From: an uncultured Kiritimatiellota bacterium | GTDB taxonomy: Bacteria > Verrucomicrobiota > Kiritimatiellia > RFP12 > DVOR01 | DNA length: 64,000 nucleotides | Direction of reading: 5' to 3' | NCBI GenBank assembly: GCA_944389565.1 | Contig: CALXMV010000003.1 | Span: 15,416-79,415 of the forward strand | In this document: one piece after another, positions 1 to 15,155 of the stretch | Position numbering within the stretch: position 1 is the stretch's first letter | Layout of the letters: each line of letters starts with the position of its first letter | The notes under the pieces: generated by a model | What the model saw: only the letters and a program-made list of their open reading frames with translations | Database searches by the model: none | What the model was told of the DNA's origin: nothing | Translations under genes and position numbers: made by a program

Positions 1-867
1 AAGCTCAATCCCTCCCACCTCGTGATGATTATCCCCTCGCGTTGGTTCGCCGGCGGCAAGGGCCTCAACGACTTCCGCGCGGCAATGTTGCATGACAGGC
101 ATATCTCAGAACTACACGACTTCATGGATGCCAATGCTTGCTTTGGCAACGGCGTAGAAATCAAGGGCGGAGTGTGTTACTTCCACATCGATAAGGATCA
201 TGACGCCCCCTGCCACATTGTTACACATGACGGTTCCAAGGTTGTTTCCGAAGGTTCCCGCTTCTTGCTTGAACCTGGCGTGGATACCTTCATTCGTCAC
301 CAACTTGGTGTCGAAATCTACAGAAAGGTTAAAGCACGGGGAGAGAAATCTTTTGAGACGTTGGTCAGTGCCCGTAAACCATTTGGGTTTGATACAACTG
401 TGACTGGGGAAACGTCTCCTTTCCCAAAGTCAATCACGCTTTATCGCAATGGCGGAACCGCCTCTGTCAAACCAGAAGAAGTACCGAAGGGACGAGAATG
501 GATCCCTCTATGGAAACTGTATATTTCTAAAGCATATGGTGCTGGCGAAATCTTTCCTCATCAAATACTTGGTGTGCCATTACTTGGAGAACCTAATAGT
601 TGTTGCTCCGAAACATACATCGTGATAGGACCATTCAAAGATAAGCGGACAGCCTTGAATGTCAGGAGCTATGTCGCAACACGCTTCTTCCGTTTCATGG
701 TATTCCTAAAGAAAATCACCCAAGACGCCACAGCGCGCGTTTACCAACTTGTCCCGATGCAGGATTTTAGCAAGCCATGGACGGATGAGGAGCTGTACGC
801 GAAGTATGGGCTGACGGACGAGGAGATCGCGTTCATCGAGAGCATGGTGAAGCCGATGGAGGCGTGA
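1..867 (+). CDS. Eco57I-like (type IIG-related) restriction-modification methyltransferase, C-terminal part (5' truncated by window edge)
   Basis: Frame open from base 1 (KLNPSHLVMIIPSRWFAGGKGL...VEIKGGVCYF...ETYIVIGPF...VPMQDFSKPWTDEELYAKYGL), typical of Eco57I-domain MTases; directly upstream of a GIY-YIG/helicase gene. Confidence 0.8.
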   Translation, partial: KLNPSHLVMIIPSRWFAGGKGLNDFRAAMLHDRHISELHDFMDANACFGNGVEIKGGVCYFHIDKDHDAPCHIVTHDGSKVVSEGSRFLLEPGVDTFIRHQLGVEIYRKVKARGEKSFETLVSARKPFGFDTTVTGETSPFPKSITLYRNGGTASVKPEEVPKGREWIPLWKLYISKAYGAGEIFPHQILGVPLLGEPNSCCSETYIVIGPFKDKRTALNVRSYVATRFFRFMVFLKKITQDATARVYQLVPMQDFSKPWTDEELYAKYGLTDEEIAFIESMVKPMEA

Positions 868-868
868 G

Positions 869-3703
869 ATGGCGGGCTTTGTGCTTGAGGGGAGGGCCGC
901 GGTGCGGCCGATGATTTATGCGTATCGGCTGAAGGCGGAGGGTTACGGGGATCTGCTGAAGGTGGGGTACACGGAGCGTGACGTGGAGACGCGCGTGCGG
1001 GAGCAGGTGGCGAACATCAAGTTGCCGTTCGCCATCCATGAGATCGTCCTGCAAGAGTCGGCGATGCGTCGGGATGGGTCGAGCTTCGACGACCACGCGG
1101 TGCATCGTCTGCTGAAGCGACACGGGGTGCAACGGCCGGATGGGGAGTGGTTCCGCTGCGGGAAGGAGGAGGTGCTGGCGGCGATCGTGGCCGTGCGCAA
1201 CCGTCAGGATTACCAGGCGGCGCGGACGCGGGATTTCGCGATGCGCCCGGAGCAGGAGGCGGCCGTGCGGCTGACGGCGGATTATTTCCGGCGGAAGGCG
1301 CAGGAGGAGCCGGGGACGAAGCCGCGGTTCCTCTGGAACGCGAAGATGCGCTTCGGGAAGACCTTCGCGGCGTATGAACTGGCCAAAGAGATGGGGTTCC
1401 AGCGGATTCTGATCCTGACCTTCAAGCCGGCAGTGGTGAGCGCGTGGGAGGAAGATTGCCGCACGCACGTGGATTTCGCGGGGTGGCAGTTCATCCGGCG
1501 GCAGGACGACCCCGCGGCGCCGGACCTCGAGGCGCAGTATCTGGCGACGGACGGGCGGCGGCCGATCGTCTGCTTCGGCTCCTTCCAGGATTTCCTGGGG
1601 CTGAATGCGCAGGGCGGCATCAAGGAGCAGCACAGGTGGGTGCGCGAGGAGCGGTGGGATCTCGTGATCTTCGACGAGTACCACTACGGCGCGTGGCGGG
1701 AGAAGGCGAAGGACCTTTTCGCGAAGGAGGACGAGGAGGGCGAGGTGGAGGCGGCCGAGGCGGCGGACGCGAAGCCCACGGGCGCGGCGCGGCTCTCCGA
1801 GGAGGATCTGCCCATCCAGGCGGAGCGCTATCTCTATCTCTCGGGGACGCCCTTCCGGTCGTTGGCGAGCGGGGAGTTCATCGAGGAGCAGGTGTATGGG
1901 TGGACCTACGCGGACGAGCAGCGGGCGAAGGCGGCGTGGCGGGGGCCAGGGCCGAACCCTTACGCGGCGTTGCCGCAGATGGTGATGCTGACCTACCGCC
2001 TGCCGGAGGCCATCCGCAAGGTGGCGGAGGCGGGGGAGTTCGACGAGTTCGACCTCAATGTCTTCTTCTCGACCACGCGGGGGGCGGACGGGCGGCCATG
2101 CTTCGTCTATGAGGAGCACGTGCAGCAGTGGCTGGACTACCTGCGCGGGCGTCACCTGCCGACGGCGGTGGAGGGGCTGAAGACCCACGAGCCCGTGGCG
2201 CAGCCCTTCGCGAAGGGTGCGCTGGCCGACGCGCTCCGGCACTCGGTGTGGTTCCTGCCGAGCGTGGCGGCGTGCGAGGCGATGGACGCGCTCCTGCGCG
2301 CGCGGCGGAACACCTGGTGGCACGACTTCGGGGTGATCGTGTGCGCGGGCAAGCATGTGGGCATGGGGGCGGAGGCGTTGGGCGCGGTGGAGGAAAAGAT
2401 GGCCGACCCGATGGCCTCGAAGACCATCACGCTGACCTGCGGCAAACTCACCACGGGCGTGACGGTGCGGCCGTGGGGCGGCATCCTCATGCTCCGAAAC
2501 CTGAAGAGCCCGGAGACCTACTTCCAGGCGGCCTTCCGCGTGCAGAGCCCCTGGACCACGCGCGACGCGCAGGGGGGCGAGGTCGTTATCAAGCGGCAGT
2601 GCTACGTGCTGGACTTCGCGCCGAACCGCGCCCTGCGCCAGGTGGCGGAGTACAGCGGGAAGCTGAGCATCGACGCGGCGCTGCCGGTGACGGACGAGGA
2701 GCGTGTGGCGGCTTTCATCCGTTTCCTCCCCATCCTCTACTCCGACGGCGGGCGCCTCACCCCCATCGACGCCACGCAGGTGCTGGAGCTTGCCTTCACC
2801 GGCGACGCGGCCACGCTCCTGGCCCGCCGTTGGCAGAGCGCCCTGCTCGTGAACGTGGACAACGAGACCCTCAAGCGCCTGCTGGGCAACCCCGCGGCCT
2901 TCGACGCCGTGATGAAGATCGTCGCCGACCGCAACCTCGGGCGCGACACGCTCGAAACCATCGTCAACCGCACCGACGCCATCAAAAAGGCCAGGAAGGA
3001 CGGCAAGGAGAAGACGCCCAAGGAGCGCAGCCTGCAGACCGCAGAGGAAAAGGAGCTGAAGAACAAACGCAAACAGGTGCAGGAGAAACTCATCAAGTTC
3101 GCCGCGCGCATCCCCGTCTTCATGTATCTGACGGACGACCGTGAGCACACGCTCCGCGAGGTCATCGAGCAGGTGGAGACGGCGCTTTTCGAGCGGGTGA
3201 CGGGGCTGACGTTGGAGGACTTCAGGCTACTCGTCGCCCTGCGCCTCTTCAACGACGCGCTGATGAACATGGCCGTGCTGAACTTCAAGCGTTACGAGGA
3301 CGCCAGCCTCTCCTACGCCGGTATCGACCGCCATGCCGGCGAGACCCGCGTCGGCGCCTGGGATACGCAGGTGCCACACCCGAACCCTAAGGGGTTCGGC
3401 CGAGAGTCGGGAGGGTTTGGGGCGAGAGTCGGGAGGGCGTCAAGGCCGTTGGCGATGCGCAAGGCTCTTCCGCGCTTCCCACTTTCCACGGGCACCATTG
3501 CCCAAACTCTCGGCGATGCCGCCGGCAACGGGGAAATATGGTATAATTTTCGGGATTTTCGCGATTTCTGTTTGAGGAACCGGTCATGGAAGAGAAGTAT
3601 CCGTTTCACGCGATCGAGCCCAAGTGGCAACGTTTCTGGGATGAGCATGGCACGTTCGCGTGCGACACGCACGACGACAGCAAGCCGAAGTTCTACTGCC
3701 TGA
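869..3703 (+). CDS. Restriction endonuclease subunit: N-terminal GIY-YIG (T5orf172-like) nuclease plus SF2 ResIII helicase; family-like sequence ends near 3375, then reads through a repeat
   Basis: IYAY...LLKVGYT...R...GEWF nuclease motif; Walker [30 protein letters not shown] helicase motifs; last ~110 aa translate repeat/intergenic DNA and overlap leuS. Confidence 0.8.
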   Translation: MAGFVLEGRAAVRPMIYAYRLKAEGYGDLLKVGYTERDVETRVREQVANIKLPFAIHEIVLQESAMRRDGSSFDDHAVHRLLKRHGVQRPDGEWFRCGKEEVLAAIVAVRNRQDYQAARTRDFAMRPEQEAAVRLTADYFRRKAQEEPGTKPRFLWNAKMRFGKTFAAYELAKEMGFQRILILTFKPAVVSAWEEDCRTHVDFAGWQFIRRQDDPAAPDLEAQYLATDGRRPIVCFGSFQDFLGLNAQGGIKEQHRWVREERWDLVIFDEYHYGAWREKAKDLFAKEDEEGEVEAAEAADAKPTGAARLSEEDLPIQAERYLYLSGTPFRSLASGEFIEEQVYGWTYADEQRAKAAWRGPGPNPYAALPQMVMLTYRLPEAIRKVAEAGEFDEFDLNVFFSTTRGADGRPCFVYEEHVQQWLDYLRGRHLPTAVEGLKTHEPVAQPFAKGALADALRHSVWFLPSVAACEAMDALLRARRNTWWHDFGVIVCAGKHVGMGAEALGAVEEKMADPMASKTITLTCGKLTTGVTVRPWGGILMLRNLKSPETYFQAAFRVQSPWTTRDAQGGEVVIKRQCYVLDFAPNRALRQVAEYSGKLSIDAALPVTDEERVAAFIRFLPILYSDGGRLTPIDATQVLELAFTGDAATLLARRWQSALLVNVDNETLKRLLGNPAAFDAVMKIVADRNLGRDTLETIVNRTDAIKKARKDGKEKTPKERSLQTAEEKELKNKRKQVQEKLIKFAARIPVFMYLTDDREHTLREVIEQVETALFERVTGLTLEDFRLLVALRLFNDALMNMAVLNFKRYEDASLSYAGIDRHAGETRVGAWDTQVPHPNPKGFGRESGGFGARVGRASRPLAMRKALPRFPLSTGTIAQTLGDAAGNGEIWYNFRDFRDFCLRNRSWKRSIRFTRSSPSGNVSGMSMARSRATRTTTASRSSTA
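3382..3440 (+). repeat. 22-bp-period G-rich repeat cluster, copy 1
   Basis: gaaccctaaggggttcggccga / gagtcgggagggtttggggcga / gagtcgggaggg; same units at 18463, 26649, 38058. Confidence 0.75.
3539..3547 (+). promoter_or_regulatory. Extended -10 promoter element for leuS
   Basis: TGGTATAAT 38 nt upstream of the leuS ATG; the TGnTA(T/C)A(A/C)T-like motif recurs before many genes in the window. Confidence 0.6.
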
Positions 3704-6093
3704 CGATGTTCCCCTACCCCAGCGGCCATATGCACGTGGGGCACGGGCGCAATTACATCATGGGCGACGTGATCACGCGCTACAAGAAGATGACGGGCTT
3801 CAACGTCCTCTCGCCGATGGGCTGGGACAGCTTCGGGCTGCCGGCGGAAAACGCGGCGAAAAAGTTCCACGTCCACCCGCACAAGTGGACGATCGAGAAC
3901 ATCCGCGAGATGAAGCGCCAGGTGCGCAGCTGGGGCGTGGGCTACGATTGGGACCGCGAGATCGCCACCTGCCACCCCGACTATTACAAGTGGACGCAGT
4001 GGGTCTTCCTGCAGGCCTACAAGCTCGGCGTGGCCTACCAAAAGGAGGCCCCCGTCAATTGGTGCCCGCTCTGCACGAACCTGGCCAACGAGGAGGTCAC
4101 CGCCGACGGGCATTGCGTGCGTTGCGGCCGCCCCGTCGAGAAGAAAAACCTCAAGCAGTGGTTCTTCCGCATCACCCAATACGCCGACCGCCTCCTCAAA
4201 GACCTCGACCTCCTCGAAGGCTGGCCCGAGAAGGTCCGCCAAATGCAGGCCAACTGGATCGGCAAATCCCAGGGCGCCAAGGTGACCTTCAAGGTCACGG
4301 AGACGGGCGACGACTGCCCCGTCTACACCACCCGCCCCGACACCATCTTCGGCGTCACCTTCATGGCCATCTCGCCGGATCACCCCCTGCTCAAAAAACT
4401 GCTCCCCGGCTCGCCGCGCGAGGCCGAGGTCAAGGCCTTCTGCGAACGCCTCGCCAACATCCCCGCCGCCGAGCGCTACTCCGACGCGCTGGCGAAGGAA
4501 GGCGTCTTCACCGGCTTCCACGTCACCAACCCCTACAACGGCGACCGCGACATCGCGCTCTGGGTCACCAACTACGTCGTCGCCGACTCCGGCACCGGCA
4601 TCGTCATGGCCGTGCCCACCCACGACCAGCGTGACTGGGACTTCGCCACCAAATACGGCATCCCCAAGAAAATCGTCATCCAGAACCCCGAAGGCTCCCT
4701 CTCCCTCGACACGATGACCGCCGCCTACGTCGACGACGGCACCCTCGTGAACAGCGGCCCCTTCGACGGCCAGCCCAACCGCGACGCCATCAAGGCCATC
4801 ACCCAACACGGCGTCGAACGCGGCTTCGCCGAATTCACCACCAACTTCCGCATCCGCGACTGGAACGTCGCCCGCCAACGCTACTGGGGCGCCCCCATCC
4901 CCATCGTCCACTGCCCCCACTGCGGCGCCGTCCCCGTCCCCGAGGACCAGCTCCCCGTCCGCCTCCCCGACGACGTCGACTTCAAGAGCGACCAAGGCAA
5001 CCCCCTCGCCCGCCACGAAGGCTTCATCAACACCACCTGCCCCAAATGCGGCGCCCCCGCCAAGCGCGAGACCGACACCCTCGCCCAATGGCTCTGCTCC
5101 TGCTGGTACTTCCTCCGCTACATCGACGCCCGCAACGACAAGGCCCCCTTCGACAAAGCCCTCGTCGACAAATGGATGCCCGTCGACCAATACATCGGCG
5201 GCGTCGAGCACGCCGTCCTCCACCTCCTCTACTCCCGCTTCGTCGTCAAAATCCTCAACGACGCCGGCGCCCTCGACTGCGTCGAGCCCTTCAAGGCCCT
5301 CTTCACCCAAGGCATGATCTGCAAGCGCGACGACCAAGGCGTCCTCAAAAAGATGTCCAAATCCGTCGGCAACGTCGTCTCCCCCGACGAGCTCATCGAA
5401 GCCTACGGCGCCGACACCGTCCGCCTCTACACCCTCTTCATCGGGCCCCCCGAGCTCGACGCCGAATGGCAGGACACCGCCATCCAAGGCCCCTACCGCT
5501 TCCTCTGCCGCCTCTGGAAAAAGGCCTACGACGCCAAAGCCATCGTGCCCGAGCACGACACCCCCGTCAACGGCGACGCCCTCACCCCGCCCCAACGCGA
5601 CCTCTGGCGCAAACTCCACCAAACCCTCCAAGGCGTCACCGACTCCATCGAGCATGGCTTCCGCTTCAACACCGCCATCGCCCAGCTCATGGAACTCATG
5701 AACACCTTGGACAAGGCGAAAATCGACGCTGACTCCACCCCCGCCGCCAAAGCGCTCCTGCGTGAGACCATCCTCACCCTTGCCCGCATGATGGCCCCCA
5801 TCACCCCTCACGTCGCCGAGGAAATCTGGGCCGAGTTCGGCAATCCGCCCTCCGTCATGGATGCCGGCTGGCCCACCGTCAACCCCGAGGCGCTCAAAGA
5901 GAAGACCATTCAGATCATCCTCCAGGTCAATGGCAAGATGCGCGGCAAGCTCACGCTCCCCGCGGATCTCGACCGCGCCGCGCTCGAGGCCGCGGCACGG
6001 GAGGCTCCCGAAGTCAAAAAGCACACCGCCGGGCTCTCCGTCGCCAAAGTCATCGTGGTCCCCGGCAAATTGGTCAATATCGTCGCCAAGTAA
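3586..6093 (+). CDS. leuS: Leucine--tRNA ligase
   Basis: [13 protein letters not shown] (HIGH-like), [28 protein letters not shown] editing motif, KMSKS. Confidence 0.97.
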   Translation: MEEKYPFHAIEPKWQRFWDEHGTFACDTHDDSKPKFYCLTMFPYPSGHMHVGHGRNYIMGDVITRYKKMTGFNVLSPMGWDSFGLPAENAAKKFHVHPHKWTIENIREMKRQVRSWGVGYDWDREIATCHPDYYKWTQWVFLQAYKLGVAYQKEAPVNWCPLCTNLANEEVTADGHCVRCGRPVEKKNLKQWFFRITQYADRLLKDLDLLEGWPEKVRQMQANWIGKSQGAKVTFKVTETGDDCPVYTTRPDTIFGVTFMAISPDHPLLKKLLPGSPREAEVKAFCERLANIPAAERYSDALAKEGVFTGFHVTNPYNGDRDIALWVTNYVVADSGTGIVMAVPTHDQRDWDFATKYGIPKKIVIQNPEGSLSLDTMTAAYVDDGTLVNSGPFDGQPNRDAIKAITQHGVERGFAEFTTNFRIRDWNVARQRYWGAPIPIVHCPHCGAVPVPEDQLPVRLPDDVDFKSDQGNPLARHEGFINTTCPKCGAPAKRETDTLAQWLCSCWYFLRYIDARNDKAPFDKALVDKWMPVDQYIGGVEHAVLHLLYSRFVVKILNDAGALDCVEPFKALFTQGMICKRDDQGVLKKMSKSVGNVVSPDELIEAYGADTVRLYTLFIGPPELDAEWQDTAIQGPYRFLCRLWKKAYDAKAIVPEHDTPVNGDALTPPQRDLWRKLHQTLQGVTDSIEHGFRFNTAIAQLMELMNTLDKAKIDADSTPAAKALLRETILTLARMMAPITPHVAEEIWAEFGNPPSVMDAGWPTVNPEALKEKTIQIILQVNGKMRGKLTLPADLDRAALEAAAREAPEVKKHTAGLSVAKVIVVPGKLVNIVAK

Positions 6094-6117
6094 CCGCGTA
6101 CCGACACGACAGGGCGC

Positions 6118-6160
6118 ACGCGAAGCCCCCGCTCCCGCGGGGGCTTCGCGTATGTTTTCT
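6118..6160 (+). terminator. Probable intrinsic terminator after leuS
   Basis: acgcgaagcccccgc-tccc-gcgggggcttcgcgt stem followed by atgttttctt. Confidence 0.65.
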
Positions 6161-6321
6161 TGCCAGGCATTATGGGCATAAGCGCGGCAGGCCAAGCGTA
6201 TGGTGCCGCCCCCGTGCCGTCGCGTGCCGAGCCGGGAAACGCAGGGCTGTATTCCATGACGCACCCAAGCCCTCCCACGTCTTTGCGCTTGGGTGGCGAG
6301 GCCATGGCTGTGTTATACTGA

Positions 6322-9468
<3,147 letters not shown>

Positions 9469-9499
9469 GCCCACAACCGATCCGCGCGGAAAACATCCC

Positions 9500-11797
9500 A
9501 TGCATCGCCTATCCGCCCTGATTTGCGCCGCCGCGCTGGCGTTCTCCGCCAGCGCGGCCGAGACCTTCGAGGTCGGGAAAGGCGCCTTCCTGCTCAACGG
9601 CAAACCCTTCGTCATCAAGGCCGCGGAGGTCCATTACCCACGCATTCCAGAGGCTTACTGGGAACACCGGATCCAGATGTGCAAGGCCTTGGGCATGAAC
9701 ACGCTCTGCCTCTACGTCTTCTAGAACTTCCACGAGCGCACGCCCGGCGACTTCGGTTTCTCCGGCAACGCCGATGTGGCCGAGTTCTGCCGCCTGGCCC
9801 AAAAACACGGGCTCTACGTCATCGTCCGGCCCGGCCCCTACGTCTGCGCCGAATGGGAGATGGGCGGGCTACCGTGGTGGCTTCTCAAGAAGGAAGACAT
9901 CCGCCTCCGCTCCAACGACCCCTACTACCTTGAGCGCGTGGGCCTCTTCCTCAAGCGCCTCGGGCAAGAGCTCGCCCCCCTCCAGCTCGCCCGCGGCGGC
10001 AACATCATCATGGTGCAGGTGGAAAACGAATACGGCGCCTACGCCACCGACAAGGCCCATGTCGCCAAAATCCGCGACCTCGTCCGCGAGGCCGGCTTCA
10101 CCGACGTCCCCCTTTTCCAATGCGACTGGAGCAGCACCTTCCAGCGCAACGGCCTGGACGATCTGCTCTGGACCATCAATTTCGGCACGGGCGCGGACAT
10201 CGACAGCCAGTTCAAAGCCCTCAAGGCCGCCCGTCCCGACAGCCCGCTCATGTGCAGCGAGTTTTGGAGCGGGTGGTTCGACCACTGGGGACGCCGCCAC
10301 GAGACCCGGGACGCCGACGCCATGGTGCGCGGCATCCGCGACATGCTCGAGCGCGGCATCTCCTTCAGCCTTTACATGGCCCACGGCGGCACCACCTTCG
10401 GCTGGTGGGGCGGCGCCAACAACCCCGCCTACTCCGCCATGTGTTCCTCCTACGATTACGACGCGCCGATCGACGAGGCCGGCCACGCCACACCCAAGTT
10501 CGACAAACTCCGAGCCCTCCTCCAAACGTACGCCGAAAGCCCCCTCCCCGAGCCGCCCGCCCCGCCGCCGGTCGTCACCGTGCCCGCCTTCACGCTCGAT
10601 CGTGCCGTCTCCCTCTTCGACACGCTCCCCAAGCCCAAGACGTCCGAGGCCATCCGTCCCATGGAGGCCTTCGACCAAGGCTGGGGGGCCATCCTCTACG
10701 CCACCCGCCTCCCCCGCGCCGCCAAGAAGGGCGAGACCCTCACCATCGACGAAACCCACGACTGGGCCCAGGTCTTCGCCGACGGCCGTCTCCTTGCCCG
10801 CCTCGACCGCCGCGAAAAAGCGTTCGCCCTCACCCTCCCCGCCGACCTTCCCGCCGGCACAAGACTCGAGATCCTCGTCGAGGCGATGGGGCGCGTGAAC
10901 TTCGGCGGCTCCATCCACGACCGCAAGGGCATCACCCGCCAAGTCCGCCTCGGCGAGGACGTCCTCACCGGCTGGCAGGTCTTCAGCCTCCCGCCCGGGC
11001 ACGCCTTCGCCGCCGCCAAGGCCGCCAAGCCCGGCACACACCCTGCCGGCCCCGCCTATTGGGTCGGCGACTTCACGCTCACGACGGTCGGCGACACCTT
11101 CCTGGATCTCCGCGACTGGGGCAAGGGCATGGTTTGGGTCAATGGCCACGCGCTCGGCCGTTTCTGGGAGATCGGCCCCCAGCAGACCCTCTTCCTCCCC
11201 GGCTGCTGGCTCCGGAAGGGGCGTAACGAGGTTATCGTCCTCGACCTCAAAGGCCCCCGATCCCCCACCCTTCGCGGGCTGGACAGACCGATTCTCGACC
11301 AACTGCGCGGGAACCTCTCCGACACCCACCGCAAACCCGGCCAAGACCTCGACCTCTCCGCCGAAACGCCCGTGGCCGAGGCCACCCTCAAGGCGGGCGG
11401 CGGCTGGCAGACCCTCGCCTTCCCCACCCCCGCCACCGGCCGTTATCTGTGCGTCGAGATCCGGTCCGTCTGGCGGGAAGGGCCCGCCGCCGTCGCCGAG
11501 GTCGACCTGCTCGGCCCCGACGGCAAGCCCCTGCCTCGCGAGGAATGGCGGGCGCTTTACGCCGATTCCGAGGAGACCCGCTCCGCCAACGCCACCGCCG
11601 ACAAGGTCTACGACCTCCAGGAATCGACCTTCTGGCAAACCGCCCCCGAGGCGAAAGCCCCCCACGCGATCGTCCTGGATCTCGGCGCCGCCCTCCAAGT
11701 CACCGGCCTGCGGATTCTCCCCCGCGCCGAGAAAGGCGCCCCCGGGCAACCCAAGGCGTGCCGCGTCTTCCTCAAAAACGCCCCCTTCCGCCTCTGA
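9500..11797 (+). pseudogene. Beta-galactosidase GH35 with C-terminal F5/8-type (CBM32-like) domain, interrupted by one in-frame TAG at 9722-9724
   Basis: Signal peptide, AAEVHYPRIP, YVF*NFHE (family YVFWN), RPGPYVCAEWEMGGLPWW, QVENEYG, SEFWSGWFDHWG; ORFs 9404..9724 and 9776..11797 are in the same frame. Confidence 0.85.
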
Positions 11798-11809
11798 GCG
11801 CCCATCGCC

Positions 11810-13093
11810 TCACGGGAAGGCGAGCGGGCACGACTCGCACAGGATGCACGGATTGGCGCAGAAATCGGCATGGATCTGGAGAAGCCCCTGTTGGCGAAGC
11901 CCGTCCTTGGGAAGATGGGCGAGCCGACCGGTGAGCCTGAACCACGCGGCACGCATGGGCGCGGAGAGATCCTCGCCGGGCAGGTCGCGCAGGCGCGCGG
12001 GGTCAAGGGTGCCGATGGCGAGGCGGTAGGGGGTGAAGAGATTGGTGACGACGGCATGGGCACGGTTGGCGCCGATGGGCGCGCCTCGGAGGCCAAGCGG
12101 CTCGCAGAGCCGTTTGGAGGCTTGGATGAGCGCGCGGGGGAGTTCGCCAAGGGGGCATTCCAGGAGCGCGGCGAGGTCGTGCAGGATGCCGATGGCGCCG
12201 GCGAGGCGGCGGCGTGGGTGATTCTGGGGGCGCATGGCGCGGAAGTCCCACGCGTAGGGCTCGGTGGCGGGGGGGAGGCCGGTGCGCCACCAGAGGTCCC
12301 AGAGGTCACGGCGGTCCTCGCGCAGGAGGCCGCCGATGCCGGCGAGGGCGGCGTAGCGTTGCAGGGAGGGGAAGGGGGAGACGACGGCGAAGGGGACGTC
12401 GTGGGCGAGTCTGCGGAAGGGGGCGGCGTTGCGGCGATAGCCCATCGTGGCGAGAAGCGCCTCGTAGAAAGCCTGGAGGGGGTCTCCATCGCCCAAGGCC
12501 TGCGCGAAGAGGCGGGTCTTGGCAAGGAGCCGATAGTGGCCGGCGGCGGCGAGGAGACGGTCGCGGGCGACGGGGTCGGCACCCAAGCGGCCATGGCAGG
12601 GACGTTCGGGGGCGGTGGCGGCGGGGTCGAGCGCGGCGAAATCAATGGCGCCGGCGGCCTCGGCAAAGGGACGGAGTGCGAGCGTGGGGACGCCGCGCGG
12701 AAGGGTCTTGGCGGGAGGATCCGGGCTCCAGGCGACGTGCAGGATCAGGCCGGCATAGGCAGGGTCGCCGGCATGGCGATGGGCGTCCCAGTCGGCGGGG
12801 CGGAGATGGAGCTCGACGTCGCCCCGGCGGGGGATCTCGCCGAACAGGATGAGCGCGTCGCGGAAGTCAGGCCCCTCGACGGCGTTCCAATGGCCGGGAT
12901 CGAGCACCCGCAGGGGCGTCCCGTCCGGCAGGGCGAGCGGGAGGTCGCGCACGGCGGCGCTCTGCCAATAGGCCTGCAGGCGCCGTTCGCGGCTGGGCTC
13001 CGCCTCGCGCAACGTGAGGGAGTCCGCGCCGCGAAGAAGCCGGGCGTACGGCTCGGCCAACGCGGCGAGGGCATCGAGCGCGGAGGCGGCCAT
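11810..13093 (-). CDS. DUF2851 family protein
   Basis: LQAYW...VLDPGHWNAVEGPDFRDALI...GDVELH...WDAHRHAGDPAY...ILHV, RPQNHPRRRL, QGLLQI...C..C..C; ATG overlaps the corA stop (TGATG). Confidence 0.8.
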   Translation of the reverse strand: MAASALDALAALAEPYARLLRGADSLTLREAEPSRERRLQAYWQSAAVRDLPLALPDGTPLRVLDPGHWNAVEGPDFRDALILFGEIPRRGDVELHLRPADWDAHRHAGDPAYAGLILHVAWSPDPPAKTLPRGVPTLALRPFAEAAGAIDFAALDPAATAPERPCHGRLGADPVARDRLLAAAGHYRLLAKTRLFAQALGDGDPLQAFYEALLATMGYRRNAAPFRRLAHDVPFAVVSPFPSLQRYAALAGIGGLLREDRRDLWDLWWRTGLPPATEPYAWDFRAMRPQNHPRRRLAGAIGILHDLAALLECPLGELPRALIQASKRLCEPLGLRGAPIGANRAHAVVTNLFTPYRLAIGTLDPARLRDLPGEDLSAPMRAAWFRLTGRLAHLPKDGLRQQGLLQIHADFCANPCILCESCPLAFP

Positions 13094-14031
13094 CAGAAAA
13101 AGCGCCTGCGGGAGAAGAAGATGACGGTGACGGCCACCAACAGGAGGGCGATGGCCACGATGGCGCAAAAGCCGAAAGGCCCGCTCTTGGAGAAGGGCAG
13201 CCACGTGTTCATGCCGAAGACGGAGGCCAAGAGCATGGGCACGGTGAGGACGATCGTCATGGAGGTGAGGAACTTCATGACGTTGTTGAGGTTGTTGCTG
13301 ATGATGGAGGCGAAGGCGTCCAGCGTGCCGGTGAGGATGTTGCTGTGGATCGAGGCCATCTCCAGCGCCTGCTGATACTCGACGCGCACATCCTCCAGCA
13401 CGTCCAGGTCGTCCTCGTCGATGTCCAGCTGGCGCGTGGTCCGGATCCGCGACAACAGGATGTCATCCGCCTTGAGCGAGGTGGTGAAGTAGACGAGCGA
13501 CTTCTCGATGTTGAGCAACCGCATGAGGCCCTCGTTGGAGATGGACTCATGGAGCTCCTGCTCCACCATGTCGGCGCGTTGGCGGATGTCGCGCAGATAG
13601 CGCAGATAGAGGATCGCCGCGTGCCACAGCAGATGGAAGGTGAAGCGGAACTTCTGTTCCGGCGGGCAGACCCTGCGGATCTGATCCAGGAACGACGCCG
13701 CGATGGGCGTGGGCCGGTTGCAGACGGTGATGACGGCGTTGGACGTGTGCACCACGCCCAACGGCAACGTGTTGAACGGATGCAGATTCTCGTTCGGCTC
13801 GTGATACGGCACATGCACCACGATCAGCACCGTGCCATCGTCGTCCACGTCCAAACGCGGCCGCTCGTCGCGGTCCAACGGGTCGGAGAGGAACTCCCGC
13901 GACACCCCCGTCAGCGTCTGCACCCGCAGGATCTCCTCGGAGGAGGGATCCGCCAGATTGATCCAGCACGGGCCGTCCGGCGTGACGACCTCGCGCAGGC
14001 TCCCGTTCACCCACTGATAGATGGAAAGCAT
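13093..14031 (-). CDS. corA: CorA family Mg2+/Co2+ transporter
   Basis: WINLADP, DPLDRDERPR, ASIISNNLNNVMKFLT, FGMN motif, two C-terminal TM helices. Confidence 0.9.
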   Translation of the reverse strand: MLSIYQWVNGSLREVVTPDGPCWINLADPSSEEILRVQTLTGVSREFLSDPLDRDERPRLDVDDDGTVLIVVHVPYHEPNENLHPFNTLPLGVVHTSNAVITVCNRPTPIAASFLDQIRRVCPPEQKFRFTFHLLWHAAILYLRYLRDIRQRADMVEQELHESISNEGLMRLLNIEKSLVYFTTSLKADDILLSRIRTTRQLDIDEDDLDVLEDVRVEYQQALEMASIHSNILTGTLDAFASIISNNLNNVMKFLTSMTIVLTVPMLLASVFGMNTWLPFSKSGPFGFCAIVAIALLLVAVTVIFFSRRRFF

Positions 14032-14032
14032 C

Positions 14033-14818
14033 TCACCGCCCTCCGCCCAGCCCGCCGAAACGGCGCACCAAAGCCAGCTCATAATCCTTCGGCTTCCGCC
14101 GCGAAACGAAAGAATACCCCTTGAAGACCCAGAACCGCCGCAACCTCAGCAACCCCATGAACAGCCGCGCCCGACCCGGCGGGAACCCATCCGCAGGCTC
14201 CGCGAAATCCCCCGTCCCCACATCGTAATAAAAGCGGTAATAATGCTTGTACACCGACGAGAGATCCGAGAGGCACAGCAACCGCCGCACCCACCGCGGG
14301 AACCACCCCCACATCCGCACCCCGGACTGGAAATCGATCAACGCCGGCCGGTCCCCCGGCAACACCATCACGTTCTTCGCGTTGCGCGTGTCCAGATGCG
14401 CCACCCCCCGCCGATGCATCGCGCACACCAACCGCTCCAAATCCCGGAAGAAACGCCCCGGCAACCGCCGCACCGCCGCCCGATCACCCCGGATCTCGGC
14501 CTCCAGGTTCGCCTGGTTCAGATCCCCCAGCGACACCCCCGGCAACAACTCCATCCCGAACGCGAACGCGTCCACCCGGAACACCCGCTGCGGGATTCCC
14601 CCCAGCCCCTCCAGCCGCCTCATCAGCCGGTACTCATGCCCGACCATCCACCGCCCCCACGTCCACCGGATCCACCACGGGCTCTTCCGGAAATCCTTCA
14701 CCGCGAACGCCCCATCCGCCGTCTCCACCCGCCAGACACGCGCGTTCCCCGCCCGCCCCTTGCTCAGGCAGACCGCCGCGCCATCCTCCCAATCCGCTCG
14801 CGTGATTCTCATCGTCAT
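14033..14818 (-). CDS. RIO1/Kdo-kinase-like phosphotransferase
   Basis: AVKDF, HEYRLMRRL, MHRRGVAHLDTRNAKNVMV, ALIDFQ kinase-like motifs. Confidence 0.7.
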   Translation of the reverse strand: MTMRITRADWEDGAAVCLSKGRAGNARVWRVETADGAFAVKDFRKSPWWIRWTWGRWMVGHEYRLMRRLEGLGGIPQRVFRVDAFAFGMELLPGVSLGDLNQANLEAEIRGDRAAVRRLPGRFFRDLERLVCAMHRRGVAHLDTRNAKNVMVLPGDRPALIDFQSGVRMWGWFPRWVRRLLCLSDLSSVYKHYYRFYYDVGTGDFAEPADGFPPGRARLFMGLLRLRRFWVFKGYSFVSRRKPKDYELALVRRFGGLGGGR

Positions 14819-14871
14819 CTCCAGTCGTGCCCCCTAGGATACCACAACCCCGCGCAAAAACCAAATCACCC

Positions 14872-14900
14872 TCGACAGCCCCCCGCCACTTTGCTATAAT
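14872..14900 (+). promoter_or_regulatory. Sigma70-type promoter of rpsU
   Basis: TCGACA-17 bp-TATAAT with TG extension; AGGAGG RBS follows. Confidence 0.7.
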
Positions 14901-14935
14901 CCCCCGCAATTCACGACGAAAGGAGGTGAGCAAAC

Positions 14936-15133
14936 ATGATCATGGTCCGTCTGAAAAAGGGCGAATCCGTCGAGCGCGGCCTCAAGCGCCTGAAAAAGAT
15001 CCTCGACAAGGAAGGTCTCATCAAGCAGCTTCGCGCCACCCGTTACTACGAGAAGCCCTGCGAGAAGGCCCGCCGCAAATCCGCGCGTGCTCGCATCCGC
15101 GCCCGCTCCCGCACGGCGATGGCGCAGTTCTGA
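14936..15133 (+). CDS. rpsU: 30S ribosomal protein S21
   Basis: VRLKKGESVERGLKRLKK...RYYEKPCEKARRK. Confidence 0.92.
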   Translation: MIMVRLKKGESVERGLKRLKKILDKEGLIKQLRATRYYEKPCEKARRKSARARIRARSRTAMAQF

Positions 15134-15155
15134 GCCATCCCCTTTCGCCTCTGGC

